64,000 nt of DNA from Puteibacter caeruleilacunae (GTDB taxonomy: Bacteria; Bacteroidota; Bacteroidia; Bacteroidales; Prolixibacteraceae). The notes beneath the pieces were generated by a model that saw only the letters and a program-made list of their open reading frames with translations, made no database searches and was not told the origin of the DNA. The stretch's first letter is position 1; the number at the start of each line of letters is the position of its first letter. The translations under genes and the position numbers were made by a program. The stretch lies in NCBI GenBank assembly GCA_005217565.1, contig SJCO01000011.1:41070-105069 (forward strand), written 5' to 3'. This document shows, piece by piece, positions 29,740 to 39,159 of this stretch.

Positions 29740-30762
29740 TTACTCTTCTTGGTTTACATATCGATCTACAGTATTTTGGAAAAGTTTGCGAATACGCTTG
29801 CGCATTGATGAAGGACTTAATACTTCCATTGACGAACCAAATCCTAAGATCAACCGTTCCAATTCATAATTTCTAATCACCTTAATATTAATAATAATTC
29901 CATCGTCACGCTCCTCAATTACTTTCTGGGAAGGATGTAGAGGTTTAGTCATTACGTAGGGAGCATTATACCGATCAACCCATAAACGAATATCCCTCGG
30001 TTTCAATCCCTCATTCACTGTCACACCAACCACATCCTTATAATACGCCTCAGGATGGAAATCCACATCGTTATAAAAGCTAATTTCTTCATTAACCTCA
30101 AATCGCAACATTCTATCGAGTGCCAGGTTTAGTAGTTTTTTTCCTTTATTATGCCTTCCAACCAAAAACCATCGATTATTAAATTCTTTCAATAGGTATG
30201 GATGAAACTCGAAGGTGGCACTCTTACGTGCTGAAAAAGATTTATACTCTATTGAAATGCACTGTTTATTCAAAATCGCCCGATAAAGACCATTTAAATG
30301 TTCCAGTCCTTTTAGCTCTTCATTTTTATCAATATGAATAACTGGGCGCTCCTTACTCTGTTCTATATAAATCTTGTTTTCCAGCTTTTGAATCAATCCA
30401 CTCATCTCCTGAAAATGTGAAAAGCCTTGAAACTGCTTCAATATCTCAACAGCATCATTTAATTTTTCCAGATCCTGCTGCGACAAGGGCAGTTGTGTAA
30501 TAGAATAATCAGGATCCTCATAGCTGTAATACTTTCTATCGATTACCACGATAGGTGCATTATACCCCAATTTCTCACTTCGCATGGTCTGAATATCCAG
30601 TTGAATTGTACGGCGACTCACACCTTTATCTATTCCTTCATATTCATAAAGAGCATCAGAACAAGCTTCAATTAGATCTTCTAATGTCCATTTTCGGTAT
30701 CTATTTCTAAGACATTTATCAATTGTAGTATACCTAATGAGTGCATTTCTATTAACTGGCAT
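29740..30762 (-). CDS. HTH plus WYL-domain transcriptional regulator
   Basis: Central WYL-like core (FEFHPYLLKEFNNRWFLVGRH) with an N-terminal HTH-like region, 340 aa. Confidence 0.6.
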   Translation of the reverse strand: MPVNRNALIRYTTIDKCLRNRYRKWTLEDLIEACSDALYEYEGIDKGVSRRTIQLDIQTMRSEKLGYNAPIVVIDRKYYSYEDPDYSITQLPLSQQDLEKLNDAVEILKQFQGFSHFQEMSGLIQKLENKIYIEQSKERPVIHIDKNEELKGLEHLNGLYRAILNKQCISIEYKSFSARKSATFEFHPYLLKEFNNRWFLVGRHNKGKKLLNLALDRMLRFEVNEEISFYNDVDFHPEAYYKDVVGVTVNEGLKPRDIRLWVDRYNAPYVMTKPLHPSQKVIEERDDGIIINIKVIRNYELERLILGFGSSMEVLSPSSMRKRIRKLFQNTVDRYVNQEE

Positions 30763-30947
30763 GAACTTTTTTTTGAAAAAATAAAGAAAAATATTTTACT
30801 GCGCAAATACATTGCGCATTACCTCCTCATCTTTGTAATGTCAATAATGATAAACGTTCTTTGAATATAAAAATATAGTGCTTTCAGCACAAAAAATCTT
30901 CCAATAGGAAGCAAGGAAAAGACAGTTTTGAAATGTCCTGATGAAAG

Positions 30948-31058
30948 TTTCGGTATAGCTTCATAGCATTATTACCTGTGGTAACTAATGTGCTACTTTC
31001 TTTACTGTTGTTTTCCCACCACGTTGATGTCGAGGGTTCGATTCCCTCTCCGAAACCA
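30948..31058 (+). pseudogene. tRNA-derived fragment. A tRNA T-arm and 3' acceptor end (GAGGGTTCGATTCCCTC-TCCGAAACCA) follow ~80 nt of degenerate sequence. The complementary TTTCGGT lies 111 nt upstream.
   Basis: I could not fold a canonical tRNA because the span is too long and the D-arm is aberrant. The minus-strand ORF 30884..31087 (LYPLSY / GIEPST) is the classic antisense-tRNA artefact. Confidence 0.4.
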
Positions 31059-31064
31059 ATATTA

Positions 31065-31121
31065 GGATAGCTCAGTGGGTAGAGCACAACAAATTGTGTA
31101 GGTTCGAATCCTACTCCCTGA
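31065..31121 (+). pseudogene. Truncated tRNA-like fragment (acceptor/D-arm GGATAGCTCAGTGGGTAGAGCA joined to the T-arm GTAGGTTCGAATCCTAC, with no anticodon arm)
   Basis: At ~57 nt it is too short to be a tRNA, and the 5' and 3' ends are not complementary. Confidence 0.4.
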
Positions 31122-31125
31122 AGAA

Positions 31126-31173
31126 GGGGATGGCGAAATGGCAGACGCTCTGGATCATTACTCCAGCAATGAA
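31126..31173 (+). pseudogene. Degenerate 5' half of a tRNA-Leu-like gene with no T-arm
   Basis: GATGGCGAAATGGCAGACGC and CAGCAATGA match the genuine tRNA-Leu at 19570. Confidence 0.4.
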
Positions 31174-31450
31174 GAAAACCACTTCATAAAAAAGGTTACC
31201 AAATGAAAGCCTGTATTAAATGATGTTGGTTCATTCAATTGAACAATCTTAATTGGAACCTGCAAGCAGAAGGATATCGATTAGATGACTGATTCTCCAG
31301 GAATAAATAAAACAAGTATCAATCCCAACAATATGTTTTATTCCCCACCTCGAGATTCACAAACCTAAACTCAATTCTGTTTCCTTTCGATGACGATGAC
31401 ACATTTAAAACAGGCCTTCTTAAAGCAAAAACACCTAAAACAAAATAGTC

Positions 31451-32551
31451 ATGAAAAGAATTAGAGTAAAAAATGGACTTGTTGGCTTATTATTTAGAAG
31501 TGGCAATTACAAACAAGTAGTTACAGAAGGTACCTACTGGTTAATGCCTAACGAAAAAGTAGTTCTTTATAACAAGGCGCTTCCTTTTACACCAGGCATA
31601 GAATTGAATCTTCTTTTAAAAGATTCACAGCTACAAGAGATGTTACATATTGTAGAGGTAAAAGACAATGAAATTGTACTCCAATACATTAACAATAATT
31701 TTGCATCGGTGTTATCACCCGGAAGATATGCTTTCTGGAAAGACCTAGTGAATTATACCTTTAAATCGGTCGACTTGAATCAATTGGAGATCGATAAAGA
31801 GATAGATATCACAATATTAAAATCGCATCATTTATTGAAATACATCCGCGTTTATAATATTGACTCCTATGAGACAGGCTTGTTGTTTGTCGACGGAAAA
31901 TTTGAAAAACAGCTTGAACCAGGAATTTATCATTTATGGAACAATACAACACCGGTATGTGTCTACAAAGCAGACCTAAGACAGCAACAAATTGAGGTAT
32001 CCGGACAAGAGATACTTACCAGCGATAAAGCTACATTAAGGATTAACTTTTTCGCTCAGTATCGAATAGTAGATCCTACAACTGCAATAACGCAAAACAA
32101 GGAATACCAAAAACAGTTGTACATCCTTTTACAATTAGCAATACGTGAATACATAGGAGCCTTAACCATGGATGCTTTATTGGAAAAGAAAGATACGATA
32201 TCTGAATTTGTAATGGATAAGATCAAGGATCAGGTGTCAAAACTAGGAATCGAGCTAATGAACTGTGGAGTAAAGGATATAATTCTGCCTGGTGATGTCA
32301 AAGAGATCATGAACAAGGTATTGGTTGCCCAAAAGCAAGCACAAGCCAACATAGTCACGCGTCGTGAAGAAACTGCATCAACACGAAGTTTGCTAAACAC
32401 GGCCAAGTTAATGGAAGATAACGAAATGTTATTCAAATTAAAGGAGATGGAGTATGTTGAAAAGATAGCTGATAAGATAAATAGTATTAGCTTATCTGGA
32501 GGTAACCAGGTTGTAGATCAGTTAAAAGCAATATTTACACCAAACCGATAA
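31451..32551 (+). CDS. SPFH/Band-7 (stomatin/prohibitin-like) domain protein with a duplicated N-terminal extension and no TM anchor
   Basis: C-terminal band-7 signature (ATLRINFFAQYRIVDP…VLVAQKQAQANIVTRREE). The two N-terminal ~115-aa segments share the pattern IRV.N..GLLF..G…L.PG.Y. Confidence 0.6.
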   Translation: MKRIRVKNGLVGLLFRSGNYKQVVTEGTYWLMPNEKVVLYNKALPFTPGIELNLLLKDSQLQEMLHIVEVKDNEIVLQYINNNFASVLSPGRYAFWKDLVNYTFKSVDLNQLEIDKEIDITILKSHHLLKYIRVYNIDSYETGLLFVDGKFEKQLEPGIYHLWNNTTPVCVYKADLRQQQIEVSGQEILTSDKATLRINFFAQYRIVDPTTAITQNKEYQKQLYILLQLAIREYIGALTMDALLEKKDTISEFVMDKIKDQVSKLGIELMNCGVKDIILPGDVKEIMNKVLVAQKQAQANIVTRREETASTRSLLNTAKLMEDNEMLFKLKEMEYVEKIADKINSISLSGGNQVVDQLKAIFTPNR

Positions 32552-32657
32552 CAGTAAAAAACAATTGGGAGCAGCCATACATGTAGTATAACTGCTCCCT
32601 TTGTTGCTAAAATCATTATTTCTAGTCTAGCCTTATAGACCACTTCCATACATTAGT

Positions 32658-35009
32658 TTAATCAATCTTCATTGCCGAAGGAGGAATTGCCTCAGCGCTA
32701 CTTCCCCATTTCTTATTTGCAACAGGCCCCATCTCTAATTCCAGAATACCCCCATTATGAATCTCATCATGTTTAAACCAAGGCTGATCGATTGTTTCTC
32801 CATTCAATTTAGCCGATTGGATGTATTTATTCTCGTGAGATACATTATTCGCTACAATTGTAAAAGTATTCCCATTACCTAAATCAATTTCTGATCGCTC
32901 AAATATAGGACTACCAATATTATATGATCCAGATCCTGGTGTTACTGGATAAAATCCCAACTGAGAAAAAAGCACAAAAGCCGACATGCCACCACCATCT
33001 TCATCTCCAGGCACTCCCATTAGATCGTTTCTAAACCACTGTTCCAATAGCTTACGAATACGTTTTTGAGTACGCCATGGTTGTCCTGCATAATTATACA
33101 AATAAGGAATATGCAACGAAGGCTCATTAGCCATAGAAAACTGACCAACATTACCAGTATGATCAGGGATTTGTGCATAGAAACTATATTTACTTCTCCC
33201 CAAAGGTTCATTAAATGTTCTTTCTAGATTATTCACGAACTGTGTTCTACCTCCCATCAGATCAATCAAATCCTTCACATTATGAGGTACATCCCAGCGA
33301 TAAACCCAACCATTATTTTCACCATAATACTTTCTCAATCCCATTCCTCCCGAGAAACGATAATCAAATGGCATGATAAACTCATTATTTTTATCCTTAG
33401 GATGGAAGAAATCTGTTTCATGATTAAATATTTTCCGATAGTTGTACGAACGCTTCAAGAAATACTCAGCATCCTCTTTCTTTCCCAGGATTCGGGCAAT
33501 TTCTGAAAGACACCACTCATCATAAACAGTTCCAAGTGTCACTGCTACTGCTTGTCGGTTCTCAAAACTATGCACTACCTCCGAAGTCTCTTCCTCCCCC
33601 TCTTGCAAGGCAGGAAGATACCCATGCTCTTTAAAAAACTGATCGATATCTCCAGCAGGCTTACCCGACCACGGCGCCAATGTTTTCTCGGTAATCGCAT
33701 TTTTACAAGCCTGATAAGCTTGTTCCAAGTTAAAATCCACTAGGCCTTTCGTATAAGCATCCAAAACAGTAGCTACACCATGATTCGAGTTCATTCTTCT
33801 ACTATCGCCGTTAATTTCAGGAAATGTAGGCATCCAAAAATTATCCATTTGCTCAGCCATACGAATAAACGAGCGAATAATATCACGCTCCATCTCCTTT
33901 TCTGTCAGTACACGTAATGGATGAGTAGCCCGATAGGTATCCCATATCCAGTCGTCAGTGTAAAACGGAGTCCCATTATCATCGTGAATCTCTTGATCAA
34001 AACCACTATAATATTTTCCTTCCTCAGAGATACACACTGGTCGTTCGTAAGTGCGATACAATGAAGTATAGAACACAGTTTTATCATCATTACTACCACC
34101 TGTCACTTTAATCTTCCCTAGAACGTCGTTCCAGGCAGTACGACCTTTAGCGATTACTTCTTCCTGATTAAAACCATCTATCTCACGATAAAGATTGTGC
34201 TTAGCTTGCTCTGCACTAATAAACGACACACCATAACGAACACCTATTTCCTTATCTGCTTCTGCAAACTGTAAAACTGCACAACTATTTTTACCATTGG
34301 CCAACTGCTCTTCACCAATCTGACCTTCTTCAAGGATACCTGTCCTCAAAGCCTTCTTATCGGTCTCAAGATAGATATACACCTTCGATTCAAAATCACG
34401 GATCTCATTCCCAATAAACTGATACCCTGAAACTGCTCCATCAGATATGGAAATCTCCCCATTCTTATTATTAATCAGAAGATTTTTGGTCTCAGTTCCG
34501 GTGAATTTAATCTTATATATTCCGGCCTGATGAGAAACTCCGAACTTAACATCAATCTCTTCTTCATCAAGGTAAACCTCATATGAATATGGCTTCACTT
34601 TTTCCCGATCGTAGCTATAGGTATACACTGGAAGCATTTCCTCATCGTTCCCCGCTAACGGACTCACAGTAAAAGCAGAGCTCCCCCTGTGACTAGTAGT
34701 AACAATCGACAAGCCTTTTAACCGGTCTCCTGTAAAATCATGACGTGCAGGTATTACACGAAGCATACTATTCGGCAAATGAATCGTTGGAAAAGTCGGG
34801 ACTAAAAGATGACTAATATTCCCGATATACGGATTGACATAGTCAACAGGTTCACAAACTAACTTTTCATCCTTATTTGAAGTACAAGCTGATAAAAAAC
34901 AAAAGATAATCAGCATTACTTTCATCCGTAAGAATGTTCTGGTTTTTAATTGAAATTTCATGATTGTATTGGTTTGATATATTTGAGTCTCCAATTTACA
35001 AACTTTCAA
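32658..35009 (-). CDS. GH92-family alpha-mannosidase (lipoprotein)
   Basis: GH92 motifs GDEDGGGMSAF and NIGSPIF…YIQSAKLNG…GGILELEMG. A signal peptide with lipobox is present. Confidence 0.75.
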   Translation of the reverse strand: MKVCKLETQIYQTNTIMKFQLKTRTFLRMKVMLIIFCFLSACTSNKDEKLVCEPVDYVNPYIGNISHLLVPTFPTIHLPNSMLRVIPARHDFTGDRLKGLSIVTTSHRGSSAFTVSPLAGNDEEMLPVYTYSYDREKVKPYSYEVYLDEEEIDVKFGVSHQAGIYKIKFTGTETKNLLINNKNGEISISDGAVSGYQFIGNEIRDFESKVYIYLETDKKALRTGILEEGQIGEEQLANGKNSCAVLQFAEADKEIGVRYGVSFISAEQAKHNLYREIDGFNQEEVIAKGRTAWNDVLGKIKVTGGSNDDKTVFYTSLYRTYERPVCISEEGKYYSGFDQEIHDDNGTPFYTDDWIWDTYRATHPLRVLTEKEMERDIIRSFIRMAEQMDNFWMPTFPEINGDSRRMNSNHGVATVLDAYTKGLVDFNLEQAYQACKNAITEKTLAPWSGKPAGDIDQFFKEHGYLPALQEGEEETSEVVHSFENRQAVAVTLGTVYDEWCLSEIARILGKKEDAEYFLKRSYNYRKIFNHETDFFHPKDKNNEFIMPFDYRFSGGMGLRKYYGENNGWVYRWDVPHNVKDLIDLMGGRTQFVNNLERTFNEPLGRSKYSFYAQIPDHTGNVGQFSMANEPSLHIPYLYNYAGQPWRTQKRIRKLLEQWFRNDLMGVPGDEDGGGMSAFVLFSQLGFYPVTPGSGSYNIGSPIFERSEIDLGNGNTFTIVANNVSHENKYIQSAKLNGETIDQPWFKHDEIHNGGILELEMGPVANKKWGSSAEAIPPSAMKID

Positions 35010-35054
35010 ACCAATACAACAAAAAATAACAACACTTATCTCAACTACGCCTCA

Positions 35055-36848
35055 TTATAATTCACTTCCATCCGGCCAGGTACCAAATGGTTGCTTCTTT
35101 AGCTGCATATTACCGTCTTCCCCTTTATAAATATTGATCCAAGCTTGCCAATTTTCGTTATCCATATCGGGATAATCTAAGCGATAATGACTACAACGAC
35201 TCTCTGTTCGCATAAGCGATGCTTTAAGTTTCATTTCTGCACTTATAATCATATTACGTGTCTCATGTGCCAATCGTAGTTCATGCATATCAGAAGCACG
35301 CAACATAGGCATATGATGATCTCGTAACTCCTCCACATACGTCAAAGCCGCACGCATCAGATTCTCCTTCTTGATGTATATAATAAAGTTAGGGATCATG
35401 ATTCCTTGCAAAGTTTGTGTCACCCACGCCGGACTATAACCTGCATCTCTTTTTAGTGGTGCTAGAATTTCTTTTTGAATAATCTTACGTTGAGATTCCG
35501 AGATCTCCACTTTTTCAACTCGTGAAGAATATCCTGCGGCTGCTTCCCCTGCAATAGCTCCCTGTACTGCTGACCCTGCCAGCGAAGAGCCTACCTGCGT
35601 ATAAATAGCACCAGCCATATATGATCCAAGCGCATCACCGGCGGCATATAAACCTGGTATATTTGATTCACATTGATCATTTATCGGCACCAATCCTTCC
35701 GATTTATGAATGGCCATACCTGCTGAAGATCCACCCACAGATGTTCCCATCATTGGCGGTGGACCTCCATCCTTAGGTATATCTCCACCTCTAGGTGGAC
35801 GACGATCACCTCTTCCTCCTGATGGTGCTCTTTTTGCCAATCCTGGTCCAGGCTCCCTTTCCGGCGGTCCATTTCGTTGAAATTCTGCTGGTCGATATGG
35901 GCCTCCCACAACATTGGCTGTCGCCATACCTGGTCCTCTTGTATTAACAGGATTTCCTGTCTTGTAAGCCACATAATTCATATCAACACCCAAATCATGA
36001 TGAATCTCCACCCCAGTTAAGCCCGGTTTCCGCTCAAACATTGTACCCCAACCATCAAAGCAGGCAGCAGCATTCTCAGCTTTCCCAGCATGTCCATCGT
36101 TCCACTCTTTTCCTGTAACCATCGCCCCAATGTCATAGGCCATAATTGTTCCATCATGTGTCAAATCGCAAATAGGAAAACCGTTCGGTTTGAATCCACC
36201 AGCACCTGTGCACAAGATTACACTCTTGGCCTTGAAAAAATACAACTTCTGGTAATCAACGCTAAAACCTGCTGCCCCCGCTATCTTGCCCTTTTCTTTT
36301 ATCAAATGAGTTATTGTTACCCTTTCAATCAATGGAATATTGCGCTGACCTATAGGTTTACTAAAGGCATTATTATACAGTGGAGAATCAAAGAATCCCC
36401 ACTCACGAAGCTCAGCTACACGAGCTAATGAATGTTCTGCCATCTGTCGCGTATACACCGCATTATTTGTCCCAATTGCTGATGCAGAAACGCTATTTAC
36501 AAACTCATCAAGACTCACCTTTTCTTTTTGAGGATCATAAATAAATATCCCCTTCGCAAACGGCGTCTGACCTGATGCCCCCAAACGACCTTTCGACACG
36601 ATCATCACTTTAGCTCCAGCATCGTTAGCCTTAACCGCCGCAAATAAACCAGCCATTCCTCCTCCTATCACCAATACATCAGCTTCCAGATCTTCATATG
36701 CAACATCCGCTTCATTCAGTTTCTTCATATTTTCGCTCCATCCATTCAAGACAGTTGGTCCAACCATTAAAGCTCCAGCAACACCGGCAGCTGCACCAAT
36801 AAACTGACGACGTGAAAGTGTTTTTTTATCTCGTTTCATATCAAGCAT
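35055..36848 (-). CDS. TAT-exported FAD-dependent oxidoreductase (fumarate reductase / succinate dehydrogenase flavoprotein-like) with a Pro/Gly/Arg-rich insertion
   Basis: Twin-arginine signal (SRRQFIGAAAGVAGAL). Dinucleotide-binding motif VLVIGGGMAGLFAA. Low-complexity insert GPPEREPGPGLAKRAPSGGRGDRRPPRGGDIPKDGGPPP. The listed ORF extends to 36896, but starting at Met 36848 or 36839 avoids overlap with the upstream gene. Confidence 0.75.
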   Translation of the reverse strand: MLDMKRDKKTLSRRQFIGAAAGVAGALMVGPTVLNGWSENMKKLNEADVAYEDLEADVLVIGGGMAGLFAAVKANDAGAKVMIVSKGRLGASGQTPFAKGIFIYDPQKEKVSLDEFVNSVSASAIGTNNAVYTRQMAEHSLARVAELREWGFFDSPLYNNAFSKPIGQRNIPLIERVTITHLIKEKGKIAGAAGFSVDYQKLYFFKAKSVILCTGAGGFKPNGFPICDLTHDGTIMAYDIGAMVTGKEWNDGHAGKAENAAACFDGWGTMFERKPGLTGVEIHHDLGVDMNYVAYKTGNPVNTRGPGMATANVVGGPYRPAEFQRNGPPEREPGPGLAKRAPSGGRGDRRPPRGGDIPKDGGPPPMMGTSVGGSSAGMAIHKSEGLVPINDQCESNIPGLYAAGDALGSYMAGAIYTQVGSSLAGSAVQGAIAGEAAAGYSSRVEKVEISESQRKIIQKEILAPLKRDAGYSPAWVTQTLQGIMIPNFIIYIKKENLMRAALTYVEELRDHHMPMLRASDMHELRLAHETRNMIISAEMKLKASLMRTESRCSHYRLDYPDMDNENWQAWINIYKGEDGNMQLKKQPFGTWPDGSEL

Positions 36849-37494
36849 TTTTAGGTGTTGGTAAAAAATAGTTACGTAACAACAAGAATATTCCAATTGT
36901 CGCGGCAGTAAGCATAAATAGTGTCATAGCCATATCAATGTGGCGTCCCAACATTATCACGTGCCAACTTGCACATACAATAAAAGCAATCGACAAGATT
37001 CCATGAAATATCCGCCACGTTTTATATGTTATTGGTAATTGCTTTCGCAACATTGAGGTTAAGCCAAGAATAAGCATCAAACACCAGGCAATTAAGCCTA
37101 GCACAATCCCTGGATTATCAAAGGTTGTAATCATCCTTACAAATGCCTCTTCTCGCTCAATTCCCGCTTCAAAATAGCGAGGTACTACAATAAGCAATGG
37201 ATGAAACAATAACACAGTCACAAATACATATCCTATTGCCTTGTGCCACTTCATCACACTTCCCATTCTATGAACTTTCAACAATTTGTTATTGCTGCGT
37301 GCCAAATAAAACTGCATCAGCATACAAGAGAAAGCAATTAATGTCAACAAAGAAATTGCATCTTTCAAGAAAGTCCGACTAGGCACATCACTCAATGTCC
37401 ACAAGAATATCGGCAATCCGATAAAAGCAACCACTGCCGCAATTCTGTTATATGTTTTTAGTTTGTTTTCCATGATCATTAATTTTATCCCCAT
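36841..37494 (-). CDS. Ferric-reductase-like transmembrane dihaem protein (MsrQ/YedZ-like, six TM helices)
   Basis: Paired His residues on TM helices (KVHRMGSVMKWHKAI… and RIFHGILSIAFIVCASWHVIMLGRH), 217 aa. Confidence 0.65.
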   Translation of the reverse strand: MGIKLMIMENKLKTYNRIAAVVAFIGLPIFLWTLSDVPSRTFLKDAISLLTLIAFSCMLMQFYLARSNNKLLKVHRMGSVMKWHKAIGYVFVTVLLFHPLLIVVPRYFEAGIEREEAFVRMITTFDNPGIVLGLIAWCLMLILGLTSMLRKQLPITYKTWRIFHGILSIAFIVCASWHVIMLGRHIDMAMTLFMLTAATIGIFLLLRNYFLPTPKNA

Positions 37495-37700
37495 GAAACA
37501 ATTACTGGTATCGACTTCTCAGGTGAGATTGTTATTGCATCTACCGGACAATACATTCGGCACAAATGACAAATCTGACAATCGGCAGGATACTTTATCT
37601 CAGCCTTTTTAGTCTGCTTATTCAGGCGAATAACGTCAGTAGGACAAGTAGCTACACACGTTCCGCATCCTATGCATCCATTAATATTTTCTATTGACAT
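37485..37700 (-). CDS. 4Fe-4S dicluster ferredoxin (cytoplasmic, no signal peptide)
   Basis: Two CxxCxxCxxxCP motifs (CIGCGTCVATCP and CQICHLCRMYCP). Confidence 0.85.
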   Translation of the reverse strand: MSIENINGCIGCGTCVATCPTDVIRLNKQTKKAEIKYPADCQICHLCRMYCPVDAITISPEKSIPVIVSWG

Positions 37701-37752
37701 ATCTTATACTTTTGATGCCAAACAAGCTGTCTGACTTGGTTTGCTATTCCTA

Positions 37753-39147
37753 TCAATTCAAAAAGCTATTTACAGCGCTATTTCTCGACTCAACATGCCC
37801 CTTCAAGGTTTCCACTGCTGAGTCAAATTCTGAATTACTTCGAATAAATGTATACCCCGCTTCCTCTGCATAAGCGTAATCCTTGATTAACTCATAATAA
37901 CGGGAATATGCACTGACCATATCTCCTGGAATAAATACCTCATCAATAAATTGTTGCAAATAACCACGATAGATACTTTCATATTCAGGCTGATCAATAA
38001 TGTAAGAGATTAAAGGCCAATTACTACCGACTTCGCTCAATGAAAGACTCAAGGCTCCACCCTGTTTCCCATACTGGAAAGCTTCGTTATTGTCCCATGG
38101 AATCCAAGTTAGTAGTTTATCCTCGGGGTTATTGTATAGGTAATAATTATGCGTCATAACACCGTAGGTATCCCAGTTTTGAATAACAGTATTTGCTGCA
38201 AGCCATTTCAAGAAAACATCAACATTAAATACACTTTCCAGATTATCTTTCCAGGCTTCTACATCTGATGTTCGTAATGAGCTATTGATAGCATCATACA
38301 AAGCCTTCACGTCAGTATAGTCAGCCGAATCTTCATTCGTTTTAAGATACATCTCACTAGTATTGTAAGTTCCATTAGCAAACGATGCAGCATTACCATC
38401 AGGCTTATAAAGATTACCTGTTTCGCCTGTAAACTGTGTTTCAATGACGGTATCATCCACCTCTTCAACTAAAGCATAAACACCATAATACTGCGGACCG
38501 CTACCATTATCTACATACACAACACAGAAAGCTGTTTGTGCTGAAGCCAAACCAAACTGACGAAATAAATCGGCCCCAACCTTCTCTCGCATCAATGAAG
38601 CATCATCAAAGTTGTTATTCAGGTTAAGCTGTTTAAATCCATAGAATCGTTGATTTTTGATTGCTGGATAATCATCTTCAAACTCATCGAAATCAAGTTT
38701 AAAAGAGAGCTTTCTGTTACCCGACTGATAAGCTGATTGAAGACTCGAATTTCCCTTATAACGAATCCCTACATGATACCATTTTGTTCCATTAAACTTA
38801 AATGAACAAGGCACCCATACCGGATCATAATCACTGGATGTATTCCCTACAGGACCTGGTCTTCCCCCTGTAGAACCCAAGTTTGCAGCCAAATCAGATT
38901 GCATTGTAGACCAGTTAGAACTACTAATTTCAATATCAAAACGTAATACTTCATCCTGATTAAACACTACCGAATAATCAAGGTCAGCATCATTACTATG
39001 AGTAGTAGCATCCCAATCGGCATAATCGGTCATATCAACAACCTCTTCGTCCTTCTCCTCATTACTTTCTACAACCAAATCATCTTCACGACAAGCATTC
39101 AATACCGTCAAAAGAAAAGCAAATAATATAATGTAGTATCTTTTCAT
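37753..39147 (-). CDS. CotH-family (atypical kinase) lipoprotein
   Basis: Lipobox (LLTVLNAC) and the CotH signature region NYYLYNNPEDKLLTWIPWDNNEAF. Confidence 0.65.
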   Translation of the reverse strand: MKRYYIILFAFLLTVLNACREDDLVVESNEEKDEEVVDMTDYADWDATTHSNDADLDYSVVFNQDEVLRFDIEISSSNWSTMQSDLAANLGSTGGRPGPVGNTSSDYDPVWVPCSFKFNGTKWYHVGIRYKGNSSLQSAYQSGNRKLSFKLDFDEFEDDYPAIKNQRFYGFKQLNLNNNFDDASLMREKVGADLFRQFGLASAQTAFCVVYVDNGSGPQYYGVYALVEEVDDTVIETQFTGETGNLYKPDGNAASFANGTYNTSEMYLKTNEDSADYTDVKALYDAINSSLRTSDVEAWKDNLESVFNVDVFLKWLAANTVIQNWDTYGVMTHNYYLYNNPEDKLLTWIPWDNNEAFQYGKQGGALSLSLSEVGSNWPLISYIIDQPEYESIYRGYLQQFIDEVFIPGDMVSAYSRYYELIKDYAYAEEAGYTFIRSNSEFDSAVETLKGHVESRNSAVNSFLN

Positions 39148-39159
39148 AATCGTATAGTT

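Noticed and set aside
30884-31087. 67-aa ORF on the minus strand
   Set aside because: Its translation contains LYPLSY and GIEPST, the classic products of reading tRNA D-arm and T-arm sequence antisense. It overlaps the tRNA-derived fragments.
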